Origin: a virus
Lineage: Duplodnaviria > Heunggongvirae > Uroviricota > Caudoviricetes
Length of the DNA stretch: 46,799 nucleotides
Virus record (IMG/VR): IMGVR_UViG_2597490154_000003
Direction: 5' to 3' (one strand)
Shown: positions 1-11,232 of the stretch, in pieces
How the letters are laid out: each line of letters begins with the position of its first letter
Position numbering within the stretch: position 1 is the first letter of the stretch
The notes under the pieces: generated by a model
The model's database searches: none
What the model was told of the DNA's origin: nothing
What the model saw: only the letters and a program-made list of their open reading frames with translations
Program-made: the position numbers and the translations under genes

Positions 1-91
1 CACAACATCCGAGGACAGCAACACCCGATACTTTTTCCTGGCTTCCAGCAACGGGGTTTCTTCCTCCGTTGCATATACAGCTCACCTTTTT

Positions 92-385
92 TCACCCACG
101 ATTAACCAACAGCCAGACCAGCAGACACGCCACCACCGGCACAGCAAAATCCATCAGGCTTGCCACATCCCAAGCTCGCGGATCAAAACCGCCCCACCAC
201 GGCATATTCATTCGCTTGCCATGCCCGAACATTTCAATCCAGCGATATTCTGCCTGGGTATGTTCACGCGCAATGAAGAACGTACAACCGGCTATCGCTC
301 CGTAAGCCCAGTTTCCGGTAAAAAGACCAACCAGTATCTGCGCAGCCACAGCACAAAGCGCATGAAGTAAGGGGCTTATATCCAT
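92..385 (-). CDS. hypothetical small membrane protein
   Basis: 97-aa ORF; ATG at 385 preceded by AGGAGGA-like RBS on minus strand; two hydrophobic stretches (AVAAQILVGLF, VPVVACLLVWLLV); no family recognised. Confidence 0.45.
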   Translation of the reverse strand: MDISPLLHALCAVAAQILVGLFTGNWAYGAIAGCTFFIAREHTQAEYRWIEMFGHGKRMNMPWWGGFDPRAWDVASLMDFAVPVVACLLVWLLVNRG

Positions 386-397
386 TATTTCCTCCTT

Positions 398-676
398 TCA
401 GCTCCATTCCCGAAGCGGTGTTTCCAGCTCCACGACATAATCAGAGAATACAGAAACATCAAACAAGTCATCAAGAATGCGAATGTTGACAAAATAACCG
501 TCATTCCGGACACAGACAGGTTCTCCCTCTTCTGTTACCCCTGTTTCTGTGTAGGTGAAACCAATTTCATCGACTAACAGTTTATTCTGGAGGTCTTCAT
601 CCTCCTCCCAGTCAAGAGATGACAGGAAGGCCTTAAACTGCAGTTTGTCATGAAACTTCAAAGTTAAATCTTTCAT
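398..676 (-). CDS. hypothetical acidic protein downstream of tail fibre
   Basis: 92-aa ORF; ATG at 676 overlaps the stop of the upstream tail fibre gene (ATGA overlap), suggesting translational coupling; acidic composition; no family recognised. Confidence 0.45.
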   Translation of the reverse strand: MKDLTLKFHDKLQFKAFLSSLDWEEDEDLQNKLLVDEIGFTYTETGVTEEGEPVCVRNDGYFVNIRILDDLFDVSVFSDYVVELETPLREWS

Positions 677-2739
677 ACGACCTCTTTTAATTGCCTGTCA
701 TTTAATTCTTTATGCCATATGCGGAAATTGCGAATATGGCCAAACAGATGTCGTTCTCCAGTATTCGTCTGCCCTCCAAATCGGATATTTTTATCAGCGG
801 TCACACCATTATATTCACAATAAACTTCATTAACCGCTTTACCATTTGTCACCACATGAAAGTGACCATCAGCTTTTGCAATACATCCAAATGTGGTTTT
901 CTCTGCAAATACATCTGTCGCTGCGCTATTAACATACAAGCCTGAAGGGTTTGACAGACTCATATATAACTTACCACTACCTCTGTTGATTGCTGCAATT
1001 GCTGATTGCCCGGTATTGGCTGCTGCTATATCCCACACGCGGGGTGCGGCGTTTGGTGCAATATCCCAGTTTTTATGAATCTCAAGTAAAAAAGTAAATG
1101 GTAACTTATAAAGATTATTTCTGGTGGGGATACTAACCAAATCACTGGCTCTTGTCGTTGCGCTGCCTCCTGAAATAATAAATGATGATACACACGGCCC
1201 ATTCTCTACTTGTGGGGTGGCAAGATAAATATAGTCACCAGATACTGTTGCCCCACCCCGCTCAGGAGAATACTGTATCTGAGAGCCTATTTTTAACTCA
1301 CCATCAATTGCCTGAATCGTTGCCTCTGCAAAAATCCAGCCTGTGGTCTTATCCTTCCTGACTCGTGCCGTAATTCTGCCGGCAGCCCCACCTGTCATAT
1401 TAATTTCAAGCGTTTGCGTATCAATGTACGCATCGCCAAGAAAAGTTGTTGCACTACCATCATACTTATCAAACCGTATACGTAACCTTACCTGTCGTTC
1501 TGTTTTAAAACGGCATGAGGTTGTCACGTACTTGTTATCGCCTGAGACATCAACTGACTTTGTTGCAGCAATTGATGCCATATTAATAGCCGAAGTTTGC
1601 CCAACCAGAGAATCGTTGCAGACAAACTTTCCATAAGTAAAACCAAAACTATCTGTCCCGGTTTCGGGCACATCCATGTTTGATGACTTCCCCCAGCTGG
1701 CTGGACTTTCCGAATTGAGCATGTAGTTCGTTCTTTGTCCCTCAATAAGCAGGCCATCACACTCAAATCGCGGCTCATTAATTTCCGCCGTTTTCAGTTC
1801 GCCAGATTTGTTGATATATGTTGCCGTTGATGCGCGACTGAAATTAACCTGTTTATCACTGGCGACCTGAACCACATCGTCACCAATAGCTATTTTTTTA
1901 TAGCCCGGAGAAAAACCCGCAATCATATCCAGTGAATCGTTAAACGGTATCCACACATCAGGCAGCGGCGGCACTATATTCGCATAGGGCTCTGCAGTCA
2001 CTTCCGCTGCGACTTCTGCGCGGTCTGCCGCCTTTTCAGCCCGTGTCGCTGCCGACAGAGCCTCATCCTTTTTCTGCCCGGCCTTTGTTGCGTCTGCTGC
2101 GGCCTCCCGCGCTTTTGTGGTGGCGACTCCGGCATTTTCAGCGGCTGACTCTGCATTACGGCGGGAAGCCTCTTCACTGTCTGCGGAGGCTTCTTCTGAC
2201 GCACGGGCATTTGTCTCTGAACGTTCTGCCGCTGTTGCTGCGTTTTGTGCGGCTGTTTTTGAAGAAGCTGCCGCTTTCGCGCTGTTACCTGCATTCGTCT
2301 CTGATGTTTTCGCCGCATTCCTGGACGATGCCGCTGCTGTTTCTGATTTCTTTGCTGCCGCTGCGCTCTGAGAGGCGGCTTCAGCGTTGCGTGCCACCTC
2401 TTCCACCATCTTTTCAAAACGATACAGTGCCTCCGGACGAACATCATCTTCTGTTGCAGCGCCCAGAAAATCATTCAATGTCCCCGGCTTAGAATCCTCA
2501 TACACGGTGATGGCCCCGGCATGTGAAGGCGGAAAACCTTCAACCAGCAGGATAACGCTGTACTGGCCATACTCGACATCCATGCTGTAACGTCCGGCTT
2601 CATCCGGATTTTCTGAGGCCACCGTGTTCACCACAACCGTGGTGCTGTTACGTTTTGCTTTGAGCTGAATGGTGCAGTTCTGTATCGGTTTTCCTGCACC
2701 GTCTTTCAGCACGCCTGAAATCTGTACTGCCATATTCAC
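673..2739 (-). CDS. stf: side tail fibre protein (Stf-like)
   Basis: 688-aa ORF; N-terminus (AVQISGVLKDGAGKPIQNCTIQLKAKRNSTTVVVNT...) matches remembered lambda Stf; Ala/Ser/Thr-rich low-complexity stalk; divergent C-terminal region. Confidence 0.8.
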   Translation of the reverse strand: MNMAVQISGVLKDGAGKPIQNCTIQLKAKRNSTTVVVNTVASENPDEAGRYSMDVEYGQYSVILLVEGFPPSHAGAITVYEDSKPGTLNDFLGAATEDDVRPEALYRFEKMVEEVARNAEAASQSAAAAKKSETAAASSRNAAKTSETNAGNSAKAAASSKTAAQNAATAAERSETNARASEEASADSEEASRRNAESAAENAGVATTKAREAAADATKAGQKKDEALSAATRAEKAADRAEVAAEVTAEPYANIVPPLPDVWIPFNDSLDMIAGFSPGYKKIAIGDDVVQVASDKQVNFSRASTATYINKSGELKTAEINEPRFECDGLLIEGQRTNYMLNSESPASWGKSSNMDVPETGTDSFGFTYGKFVCNDSLVGQTSAINMASIAATKSVDVSGDNKYVTTSCRFKTERQVRLRIRFDKYDGSATTFLGDAYIDTQTLEINMTGGAAGRITARVRKDKTTGWIFAEATIQAIDGELKIGSQIQYSPERGGATVSGDYIYLATPQVENGPCVSSFIISGGSATTRASDLVSIPTRNNLYKLPFTFLLEIHKNWDIAPNAAPRVWDIAAANTGQSAIAAINRGSGKLYMSLSNPSGLYVNSAATDVFAEKTTFGCIAKADGHFHVVTNGKAVNEVYCEYNGVTADKNIRFGGQTNTGERHLFGHIRNFRIWHKELNDRQLKEVV

Positions 2740-2791
2740 TCCACAAATAAAAAAGGCGCCATTTCTGGCGCCCGTATCTGGGTTATAAAAT

Positions 2792-5700
2792 TCAACTGAT
2801 ACCGGCTGTAGATTTCTTCATCACAACAACAAGAAGGTCGCTGATACTGGTCGTTGGCGTCCAGTTATTAGCACCATATGAAGAAACATTGAAAGTCAGG
2901 GTGACATGGCCGTGTCCGGCAGGCATATCAATGACTGATGAAAATACCCTGCTGACATCCGTCGCGGGTTGCTGAAAGATTTCCTGTCCGTTCTTCAGTA
3001 CCTGCAGCTTACAGGTTGAATACCAGTATGACTGTTGGTTGTTGCTGTTGAAGTTTTCATGCTTACCCCCACGAAACAGAACGGGGGGGACTACTATCTG
3101 ACGGTCAAAAGCCTGGTCATCGTACACAGTGACCGTTATTGTACCGCTGGCATAACTGCCATTTCTCGGAAAGGCTTTTCCCACCGTTTTGACAATATCA
3201 CCTTCAATCTGGTTAGCTGACAGTTTTCCCAGAATCCGACAGTTCTGATTAATCGTGACGTTGTTGAGCGTCCCGGAGTTCGCGTTCACGTTACCGCTGA
3301 TATCCGCATTTTTCGCAGAAAGTCGACCATCAGGTGTCAGTGAAAACGTTGGGGGATTGCCACCGCTGGTAATGGTGGGAGCCGTCAGATATTTCAGGAA
3401 CACTTCGTTCATGAATATCTGATCGCCCTGCCCAACAAACATCGGCTTTGTGTTGCCATTCGCAGGATTAATCATCGCAATCCTGTCCGCCGCCAGCAGC
3501 ACCTGACTCTGCATACCGTCAGGAGTATTCTCAACACCGGCACCAATACCCGCGATATAAAGGCGTCCGTCCTGCATCTGCTGCAGCTTCACAGCCCACA
3601 TGCTGTTCAGGTTATTATTTGTATCAACCTGAACCTTCTGTATCTGCTGGATCGCTGCACTCTGGTCTTCCAGTTTCTTATTGACGGTCTGCGTGATTTC
3701 ATTGCTGACACCCGTAATGGACGTCCTGATTTCAGCCAGGTCAGGCGCAAGCTGACCGTTATCAATCTGCGTCCACAACTCCTGAGCCAGATGGGTTTTC
3801 CCTATCTCTCCTTTGAAAAAATTCAGATAGCCGGATGCATCATCACTCGGCTGGCCAACAGCCTCCACAAATGCCGATTTGCCAACGGTGTTCACACTGC
3901 GGATGTAAAAATAATAATCATGGCCCGGTTTGATATTGATACTGGCGGCTATCCAGTACAGCGCCGTGCCAAGATAGCGTGCTGTGGTTTCAACCTGCCT
4001 GATATCCGCAATCCGCTTTTCCGAGAACCAGAACTCAAACTGTACCGTCGGATCATAAACCGCAAGATGCGGCGTGGCGGTTATCTGAAAATACCCCGGT
4101 GTCAGCTCAATCTGCGACGGCGCTGCCGGTGCGGCAATCCGGAACGATACCGATGCCGGATCGCCCTGCTGCCCCCACGCATTTACCGCCCGGACTGTCA
4201 GCCTGTAGTTCCCCAGCGCCAGTTGCCTGAAGCGGTATGTGGTTTCCGTCGTCCGGGCCGTGCTGACCAGCCGCTCACTGCCGTCATCCGCTGCCACGGT
4301 CAGGCGAAGCATAAAGCTCACCCCCTTCACCACCTTCGGCGTGTCCCAGCGCGCCAGCACCTGATATTCCCCGCTGTCTGCGGTGACTTCGGCAGTCAGG
4401 TGCTGCACCGCTGGCGGCGTGACACCATTCACCGTGCCGCTCTGGTCGCCGTCAAAGTGCGCCCCGTTATCCACGATGGCCTCTTTTTCCGGTACATGCT
4501 GCACGGCAGTGATGGCATACGTGCCGTCATCGTTCTCACGGATACTCACACAGCGGAACAGGCGCTGGCGCAACGTTGGCAACTTCAGCCCCCACACGCT
4601 GTATTCTGCAACGCCGTCAGGAACACGGCTCACTTTTACCTTCACGCCGTCGGTGACGGACTGGACCTCCACGCTGACCGGATTCCCCTGTCCGTCAGCC
4701 AGGCTTATCAGCGTGGTGCCGGAGGATGGCAGCGTGATTTCACGGTCGAGCGTCAGTGTCCGCGTCTGGTTGTTCACCGCCAGCACGCGCCCGCCGATGC
4801 TGATCCCCGCATAGTCATCATCACAGATTTCAATGACATCGCCCGGTACATGGCGAAGCCCTTCTGCACCCACGCTGAAGTCCACGGTCTGCGTTTCCAG
4901 CAGCTCCGTTTTAATCAGCCACAGCCCGGCGCGGTGTGCCTGCCCCCGGCTGGTACAGCCAAAGGCATCCATCTTCGTGACGTTACGACCGTAACGGGCA
5001 ATGGCCTGCGTGTCCTCCACAAGCTCTGTCGCCGTCTCCCAGCCGTTATCCGGGTCAATCCAGTTCACCTCAACGGCATTATGGCGGTCTTTCAGGGCGC
5101 TGAAGCTGTAGCGGAACGGCGCGCCATCATCCGGCATCACCACATTACTGCGGTTATAGGTCCACACCTTATCCGACGGTCGGTCCTGCACGAATGTCAG
5201 CGTCTGCCCGTTCCATACCGGCATACAGCGCATCGCCGAGCAAAAATCACTGAGCACATCCCACGCCTTGCGCTGTGTGGTCAGGTACGCATTACAGGTG
5301 ATGCGCGGCTCCGTGCCGCCAAAGCCGTCCGGCACTGACTGGTCGCAATTCTGGCCGATGACATACAGCGCCCATTTATCCACATCTGCCGCACCAAGAC
5401 GTTTCCCCATGCCGTAGCGCGGATGGGTCAGCATATCCCACAGACACCAGGCCATGTTGTTGCTGTATGCTGGCTTAAACGTTCCGTCCCAGATACCGCT
5501 GTATTGCCGCGTCTGCGGGTTATAGTTCGACGGCACCTGCAGAATGCGCCCGCGAAGATGATAATTACGGCTCACCTGCTGGCTGCCGAACTGCTCCGAG
5601 TCCACCTGTACGCCGACCAGTGCCGTGTTCGGGTAGCACTGTTTCACATCGATGATTTCGGTGTATGACGACCAGAGCGTTTTGTTCTGCAACTGGTCTG

Positions 5701-6268
5701 TGGTGCTGTCCGGCGTCATCCTGCGCATCCGGATATTAAACGGGCGCGGCGGCAGGTTATCCACCACCACCGAGGCCAGATACTGCGACGTGGTTTTGCC
5801 CTTAATGGTGATGTCTTTTTCCGTCACCCAGCCACCGTTACGTTGAATCTGAACCAGCAGGCGGACTTCCGATGGATTCCTGTCCCCCTTTGAGGTGGTT
5901 TCCACCAGTGCCTGCACGCCGAAAGTAAAACGCAGACGGTCAATGTTTGCCGACGTGATGGTCCGGGTGATCGGCGTGTCATATTTCACTTCTGTACCGA
6001 GCACCGTCTCGGAGCCGGAGGATTCAAATCCCTCCGGCGGTGTCTGCTCCTGCTCACCGGCCCGGAACACCACCGTGACGCCGAATATATTGGTATTCCC
6101 CTCACTGTCCAGCACCGGCGTACTGTTCAGCAGCACGCTTTTTAATCCATCCACCGGACCTTCAACCGGCCCTTCGCTGATGGCGTCTATCACGCTCAGC
6201 ATCTGGGATGATTTCAGGTTGTCCTTCGCTTCGCGCGGGGTATGCCCCTTACTGCTGCCTTTACCCAT
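2792..6268 (-). CDS. J: tail tip host-specificity protein J
   Basis: 1158-aa ORF immediately upstream of stf, size and position as lambda J (about 1130 aa); follows I/K/L/M in lambda order. Confidence 0.9.
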   Translation of the reverse strand: MGKGSSKGHTPREAKDNLKSSQMLSVIDAISEGPVEGPVDGLKSVLLNSTPVLDSEGNTNIFGVTVVFRAGEQEQTPPEGFESSGSETVLGTEVKYDTPITRTITSANIDRLRFTFGVQALVETTSKGDRNPSEVRLLVQIQRNGGWVTEKDITIKGKTTSQYLASVVVDNLPPRPFNIRMRRMTPDSTTDQLQNKTLWSSYTEIIDVKQCYPNTALVGVQVDSEQFGSQQVSRNYHLRGRILQVPSNYNPQTRQYSGIWDGTFKPAYSNNMAWCLWDMLTHPRYGMGKRLGAADVDKWALYVIGQNCDQSVPDGFGGTEPRITCNAYLTTQRKAWDVLSDFCSAMRCMPVWNGQTLTFVQDRPSDKVWTYNRSNVVMPDDGAPFRYSFSALKDRHNAVEVNWIDPDNGWETATELVEDTQAIARYGRNVTKMDAFGCTSRGQAHRAGLWLIKTELLETQTVDFSVGAEGLRHVPGDVIEICDDDYAGISIGGRVLAVNNQTRTLTLDREITLPSSGTTLISLADGQGNPVSVEVQSVTDGVKVKVSRVPDGVAEYSVWGLKLPTLRQRLFRCVSIRENDDGTYAITAVQHVPEKEAIVDNGAHFDGDQSGTVNGVTPPAVQHLTAEVTADSGEYQVLARWDTPKVVKGVSFMLRLTVAADDGSERLVSTARTTETTYRFRQLALGNYRLTVRAVNAWGQQGDPASVSFRIAAPAAPSQIELTPGYFQITATPHLAVYDPTVQFEFWFSEKRIADIRQVETTARYLGTALYWIAASINIKPGHDYYFYIRSVNTVGKSAFVEAVGQPSDDASGYLNFFKGEIGKTHLAQELWTQIDNGQLAPDLAEIRTSITGVSNEITQTVNKKLEDQSAAIQQIQKVQVDTNNNLNSMWAVKLQQMQDGRLYIAGIGAGVENTPDGMQSQVLLAADRIAMINPANGNTKPMFVGQGDQIFMNEVFLKYLTAPTITSGGNPPTFSLTPDGRLSAKNADISGNVNANSGTLNNVTINQNCRILGKLSANQIEGDIVKTVGKAFPRNGSYASGTITVTVYDDQAFDRQIVVPPVLFRGGKHENFNSNNQQSYWYSTCKLQVLKNGQEIFQQPATDVSRVFSSVIDMPAGHGHVTLTFNVSSYGANNWTPTTSISDLLVVVMKKSTAGIS

Positions 6269-6328
6269 TCCTCATGCTCCATAAACGATAAAACCGCCCG
6301 GAGGCGGTTTCACATAAAACATTTTGCA

Positions 6329-7000
6329 TCAGCGACCAATCACCACAACCTGACCACCATCCCCTTCGTCTGCCGTGCTGATCTCCTGAGAAACCACGCG
6401 TGACCCCACGCGCATTTCACCGTACAGAACCGGCAGAACATTGCCCTGGGCAACCATGTTATCCAGTGAGGAGAAATAGGTGTTCTGTTTGCCGTTATCC
6501 GTTGTCTGTGTACGGGGAGTTCTGGCTTTCGGTGCCAGCATCTGCGCCACACCACCGAGCACCATACTGGCACCGAGAGAAAACAGGATGCCGGTCATAC
6601 CACCGGCCCCAATGGCTGCCCCCCATGCTGCAAGGGTGGCTCCGGCGGTAAAGAATGATCCGGCAATGGCGGCAGCCCCCAGGACAATCTGGAATACGCC
6701 ACCTGACTTGGCCCCGGCGACTCTGGGAACAATATGAATCACAGCGCCATCAGGCAGAGTCTCATGTAACTGCGCCGTTAACCCGGACGTGCTGACGTCC
6801 CGCCCGGCAATCCGTACCTGATACCAGCCGTCGCTCAGTTTCTGACGAAACACCGGGAGCTGTGTGGCCAGTGCGCGGATGGCTTCAGCCCCCGTTTTCA
6901 CACGAAGGTCGATGCGGCGGCCAAATCGTTGTAAATCCCCGTAAAGGCAGATGCGCGCCATGCCCGGTGACGCCAGAGGGAGTGTGTGCGTCGCTGCCAT
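6329..7000 (-). CDS. I: tail assembly protein I
   Basis: 223 aa, begins MAATHTLPLASPGMARICLYGDLQRFGRR as lambda I; Gly/Ala-rich hydrophobic C-terminal half. Confidence 0.9.
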   Translation of the reverse strand: MAATHTLPLASPGMARICLYGDLQRFGRRIDLRVKTGAEAIRALATQLPVFRQKLSDGWYQVRIAGRDVSTSGLTAQLHETLPDGAVIHIVPRVAGAKSGGVFQIVLGAAAIAGSFFTAGATLAAWGAAIGAGGMTGILFSLGASMVLGGVAQMLAPKARTPRTQTTDNGKQNTYFSSLDNMVAQGNVLPVLYGEMRVGSRVVSQEISTADEGDGGQVVVIGR

Positions 7001-7641
7001 TTGTCGGTATACCTCTCTCGTTTACTCAGTTGTTCAGGAATATGGTGCAGCAGCTCGCCGTCACCACAGTAAATAGCGGCATGATTCGGCACCGATGAAC
7101 CAAAGCAGCACAGCAGCACATCGCCCGGCTGCGCCGCTGACAACGGCACCTGATACAGCCCTGTGGCCTCCAGATTATCAAGATAGAGATTCTGGCCGTT
7201 ACGCCACCAGTCATCCTCACGATGAAAGTCCGGCATCTCAATCCCCGCCAGATGGTAAGCGTCCCGGAACAGCGTGTAACAGTCCGTCACCCCGTGCTCA
7301 AAGCGCCGCCCGGTGAGATGCGGCACACAGCGGAACTTATGAATCGCCCCCCGGCAGACCAGCCACCACGGCAAATCACTCTGCACCTGCAGCCGCCGGT
7401 CGGCCTCACTCAGCCAGGGCAGACCACCGGGATGACTGTGGACCAGCGCCACAATCTCACCCTGCATCTCTGCCTGCAGCCAGTCCTCCGGAGCCATCCG
7501 GAAATACGCCTCCGGCTCACCGGAGATATTCACGCAGGGAAAATATCTTTCCCCCTCCGGCGCTCTCACCACGAAGCCGCACGACTCCGCTGGCGCACAT
7601 CGCCGGGCATGCGCCAGAATCGCTGATTCTGTCTCTGTCAT
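6898..7641 (-). CDS. K: tail assembly protein K (JAB/MPN plus NlpC/P60-like)
   Basis: HSHPGG JAMM-like motif in N-terminal half, Cys/His-containing C-terminal half; position between L and I; 3-prime end overlaps I by about 100 nt; start uncertain. Confidence 0.8.
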   Translation of the reverse strand: MTETESAILAHARRCAPAESCGFVVRAPEGERYFPCVNISGEPEAYFRMAPEDWLQAEMQGEIVALVHSHPGGLPWLSEADRRLQVQSDLPWWLVCRGAIHKFRCVPHLTGRRFEHGVTDCYTLFRDAYHLAGIEMPDFHREDDWWRNGQNLYLDNLEATGLYQVPLSAAQPGDVLLCCFGSSVPNHAAIYCGDGELLHHIPEQLSKRERYTDKWQRRTHSLWRHRAWRASAFTGIYNDLAAASTFV

Positions 7642-7646
7642 GGGAT

Positions 7647-8345
7647 TTACTGCGAAAGTTTGTTAATGGAAAGGAAGCCGCCAAAGTTGCCGACGTTATT
7701 GCGAAACTTACAGCCGCTCAGGCATTTGCTGCATTTATCCTTCGTGATATCGGAAGTCGGCTGATCATATTCATCCGCGACCGCCGGACCGTGATAACCG
7801 CACTCATCACCGCGATAGGTCCAGGTGCAGGTATTAGCCAGCATGATGCGCCCCGGAAAAACGGCACCATCCGTTTCCGTCGGTGTGGACAGTACAAAGG
7901 AGGCACTGACCGCACTCAGTTCGCTGCACTGCTCGATGCGCCAGCGGCTGATCACCTCCTGCTCCGGATCGGCGTCGCTGTTTCCGTTGACGAAGTTCAC
8001 CGCATCCAGAAAACGGGCGTAAACCTTACGCCTGACCACCGTTCCGCCGACCAGACTCTGCAGATCTTCCACCATCCCGGTGACCATACCGTACAGGTTA
8101 GAAACCGTCAGCGTGGGGCGCGTACTGGTGCCTTTGCCATTCAGTTCAAAACTACTCCCCTGAATGGGATACGGCTGATACTGTCGCCCCTGCCAGGTGA
8201 CCGGCTCACCTTTTTCGTTCTGCTCATTACAGAAAAAATAACGTTCTCCACCGACCTCTGTCAGATCGATTTCCCAGAGCACCACGCTGGCCGACTGCTC
8301 CGCACGGGTGCATTCATTCAATGTTTCCTGCCGGATATCCTGCAT
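7647..8345 (-). CDS. L: minor tail protein L
   Basis: 232 aa, same length and position as lambda L; Cys cluster near C-terminus. Confidence 0.9.
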   Translation of the reverse strand: MQDIRQETLNECTRAEQSASVVLWEIDLTEVGGERYFFCNEQNEKGEPVTWQGRQYQPYPIQGSSFELNGKGTSTRPTLTVSNLYGMVTGMVEDLQSLVGGTVVRRKVYARFLDAVNFVNGNSDADPEQEVISRWRIEQCSELSAVSASFVLSTPTETDGAVFPGRIMLANTCTWTYRGDECGYHGPAVADEYDQPTSDITKDKCSKCLSGCKFRNNVGNFGGFLSINKLSQ

Positions 8346-8674
8346 CAGTTCACCACCTGTTCAAACTCTGCGCTGAACTCAACACGCAGCATACTGACCC
8401 GCGACGACCATTTTGCGCAGGTCACCTTTATCTGCCTGTAACCATAAGGCGGCGTCCACAGAAAGGCCTTCCAGCCCCCGTGCTCAGCCAGAAACGACTC
8501 CAGCGCCGTGGCCTCCTCACGGGAGACAGACAGCGTCACGCTGTACGTTTTCAGGTCAGCGTTCAGCCCGGCAGGCGCACGCTGGGAATAGCCATCACCA
8601 AAGCGCACCTCCCTGACGGAAGGAGCCGATGTCACATCCATCCCGGGTTTCACTTTCCAGCGGAAGGTTTTCAT
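8345..8674 (-). CDS. M: minor tail protein M
   Basis: 109 aa, same length and position as lambda M, overlapping stop/start with L and H. Confidence 0.9.
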   Translation of the reverse strand: MKTFRWKVKPGMDVTSAPSVREVRFGDGYSQRAPAGLNADLKTYSVTLSVSREEATALESFLAEHGGWKAFLWTPPYGYRQIKVTCAKWSSRVSMLRVEFSAEFEQVVN

Positions 8675-11232
8675 CGTCCACCTCCGGAGAACAGACCACC
8701 ATCGCGCATCTGTGCCTGGATTTCATCACGGGCACCCTTGCGGGCCATGTCATACACCGCCTTCATCATCTGTGGACCTGGCAGACCATTCGTACCGTCG
8801 TTCTGAATCACCACGTTGTTGTTCTGCTCAAACCTGATACCCTCTGAACGCCGCATTTGCGCCGGACTTCCGGTGCCACCGACATAACCGCCGGTGGCAT
8901 AGCCGCGCATCAGCCGGTAGAGATTTCCCACGCCAATCCGGCTGGTTGCCTCCTTCGTGAAGACAAATTCACCACGGTGAACAATCCCCGCTGGCTCATA
9001 TTTGCCGCCGGTTCCCGTAAATCCTCCGGTTGCAAAATGGAGTTTCGCCGCAGCGGCCTGAATGGCTGTACCGCCTGACGCGGATGCGCCGCCACCAACA
9101 GCCCCGCCAATAGCGCTGCCGATACTCCCGACAATCCCCACCATTGCCTGCTTAAGCAGAATTTCTGTCATCATGGACAGCACGGAACGGGTGAAGCTGC
9201 GCCAGTTCTGTTCACTGCCGGTCAGCATCGCCGCCATATTCTGCGCAATACCATCAAAGGTCTGCGTGGCAGCACTTTTAACCTGCGACATACTGTCCGT
9301 GGCACTCTCTTCCCACTCACTCCAGCCGGACTTCAGGCCTGCCATCCAGTTCCCGCGAAGCAGGTCTTCAGCCGCCCAGGTCTTTTTCTGCTCTGACATG
9401 ACGTTATTCAGCGCCAGAGGATTATCGCCATACTGTTCCTTCAGGCGCTGTTCCGTGGCTTCCCGTTCTGCCTGCCGGTCAGTCAGCCCCCGGCTTTTCG
9501 CATCAATAGCGGCCCGTTTTGCCCGTTGCTGCTGTGCGAATTTATCCGCCTGCTGCGCCAGCGCGTTCAGGCGCTCCTGATACGTAACCTTGTCGCCAAG
9601 TGCAGCCAGCTGGCGTTTGTACTCCAGCGTCTCATCTTTATGCGCCAGCAGGGATTTCTCCTGTGCAGACAGCTGGCGACGTTGCGCCGCCTCCTCCAGT
9701 ACCGCGAACTGACTCTCCGCCTTCCACAAATCCCGGCGCTGCTGGCTGATTTTCTCATTTGCTCCGGCATGCTTCTCCAGCGTCCGGAGTTCAGCCTGAA
9801 GCGTCAGCAGGGCAGCATGAGCACTGTCTTCCTGACGATCGCCCGCAGACACCTTCACGCCGGACTGTTTCGGCTTTTTCAGCGTCGCTTCATAATCCTT
9901 TTTCGCCGCCGCCATCAGCGTGTTGTAATCTGCCTGCAGGATTTTCCCGTCTTTCAGTGCCTTGTTCAGTTCTTCCTGACGGGCGGTATATTTCTCCAGC
10001 GGTGTCTGCAGCCGTTCGTAAGCCTTCTGCGCCTCTTCGGTATATTTCAGCCGTGATGCTTCGGTATCGCTCTGCTGCTGCGCATTTTTGTCCTGTTGAC
10101 TCTGCTGTTCAGCCTTCTTTCGGGCGGCTTCAAGCGCAAGACGGGCCTTTTCACGATCATCCCAGTAACGCGCCCGCGCTTCATCGTTAACAAAATAATC
10201 ATCCTTGCGCAGATTCCAGATGTCGTCCGCTTTCTTAAACGCAGCCTCTGCCTTAATCAGCATCTCCTGAGCGGTATCAGGACGACCAATATCCAGCACC
10301 GCATCCCACATGGATTTGAATGCCCGTGCTGTCCTGTCTGCCCAGGTTTCCAGCGTGCCCATGTTCTCTTTCAGGCGTCGGGTCTGGTCATCAAACCCTT
10401 TCGTTGCGGCCTCGTTCGCCGCCTGCAATGCCCCGGATTCATCGCCGGAACGCTGCAACTGAGCAACATACGCAATCTGCTCCGCCGTTACGTTATGGAA
10501 CTGGCGCGCCATCGCCGTCAGCCCCGACGTCGGGTCAGTGGTCAGCTTCCCGAAGGCTTCAGCGACCTTGTCCACCTCCACGCCGGATGCAGAGGAGAAA
10601 CGCGCCACACTCTGGCTGATGGATGCAATCTGAGCCTCACCGCTTACTCCCGCCTTAACCAGTGCGCTGAGTGACTCGCTGGTCTGGTTAAACGTCAGCC
10701 CTGCCGCCTGCCCGGCTCTGGACAGGACCAGCATACGATCTGCCGTCAGACCCGACTGATTGCCGGAAAGGACCAGCGTTTTGTTGAAATCGGACAGGGT
10801 TGAGTTACCCTGATACCAGGCATACGCCAGCGCACCGGTCGCCACCGCCAGCGAGGTGGCCCCGACCATCGGCAGGGTGATCGCACCGGCAAGCCCCCGG
10901 AACATGGGGATCATCCCGCCGAAGGAGTCCTTAACCTGACCACCCTGTTGCAGCAGGATCAGCCACGGGCTTTGCCCGCCTGCAAGCTGCGTGGCCACGT
11001 CGGTGAACTGTGCAGGCAGCATACGCATGGCGGCTTTATACTGCCCGACGGAAATCCCCGCTTTCTGTGCAGCCAGCGCCTGTCGGCTCAGCGACTGTTC
11101 AACGACTGCCGCTGTTTTTTTCGCATCACTTTCCGTACCGGAAAAATGACGCCTGACTCTGGCCATCTGCTCGTCAAATCTGGCCGCATCCAGACTTAAA
11201 TCAACGACCAGATCGCCTACCGGTTCAGCCAT
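8671..11232 (-). CDS. H: tail tape measure protein H
   Basis: 853 aa (lambda H is 853 aa); long coiled-coil Ala/Gln/Glu/Lys-rich central region typical of tape measure proteins. Confidence 0.9.
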   Translation of the reverse strand: MAEPVGDLVVDLSLDAARFDEQMARVRRHFSGTESDAKKTAAVVEQSLSRQALAAQKAGISVGQYKAAMRMLPAQFTDVATQLAGGQSPWLILLQQGGQVKDSFGGMIPMFRGLAGAITLPMVGATSLAVATGALAYAWYQGNSTLSDFNKTLVLSGNQSGLTADRMLVLSRAGQAAGLTFNQTSESLSALVKAGVSGEAQIASISQSVARFSSASGVEVDKVAEAFGKLTTDPTSGLTAMARQFHNVTAEQIAYVAQLQRSGDESGALQAANEAATKGFDDQTRRLKENMGTLETWADRTARAFKSMWDAVLDIGRPDTAQEMLIKAEAAFKKADDIWNLRKDDYFVNDEARARYWDDREKARLALEAARKKAEQQSQQDKNAQQQSDTEASRLKYTEEAQKAYERLQTPLEKYTARQEELNKALKDGKILQADYNTLMAAAKKDYEATLKKPKQSGVKVSAGDRQEDSAHAALLTLQAELRTLEKHAGANEKISQQRRDLWKAESQFAVLEEAAQRRQLSAQEKSLLAHKDETLEYKRQLAALGDKVTYQERLNALAQQADKFAQQQRAKRAAIDAKSRGLTDRQAEREATEQRLKEQYGDNPLALNNVMSEQKKTWAAEDLLRGNWMAGLKSGWSEWEESATDSMSQVKSAATQTFDGIAQNMAAMLTGSEQNWRSFTRSVLSMMTEILLKQAMVGIVGSIGSAIGGAVGGGASASGGTAIQAAAAKLHFATGGFTGTGGKYEPAGIVHRGEFVFTKEATSRIGVGNLYRLMRGYATGGYVGGTGSPAQMRRSEGIRFEQNNNVVIQNDGTNGLPGPQMMKAVYDMARKGARDEIQAQMRDGGLFSGGGR

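Noticed and set aside
1998-2492. 158-aa minus-strand and 149-aa plus-strand ORFs rich in Arg/Gln
   Set aside because: Alternative frames of the Ala/Ser-rich repeat region of the tail fibre gene; repeat DNA keeps several frames open by chance.
3791-5338. 515-aa plus-strand ORF
   Set aside because: Lies entirely antisense within the J gene; Arg/Cys/His-rich composition typical of an open antisense frame in GC-rich coding DNA; J on the minus strand is clearly the real gene.
9062-10674. Several 140-190-aa plus-strand ORFs
   Set aside because: All antisense inside the tape measure gene H; low-complexity Arg/Leu/Cys-rich translations; no RBS context.
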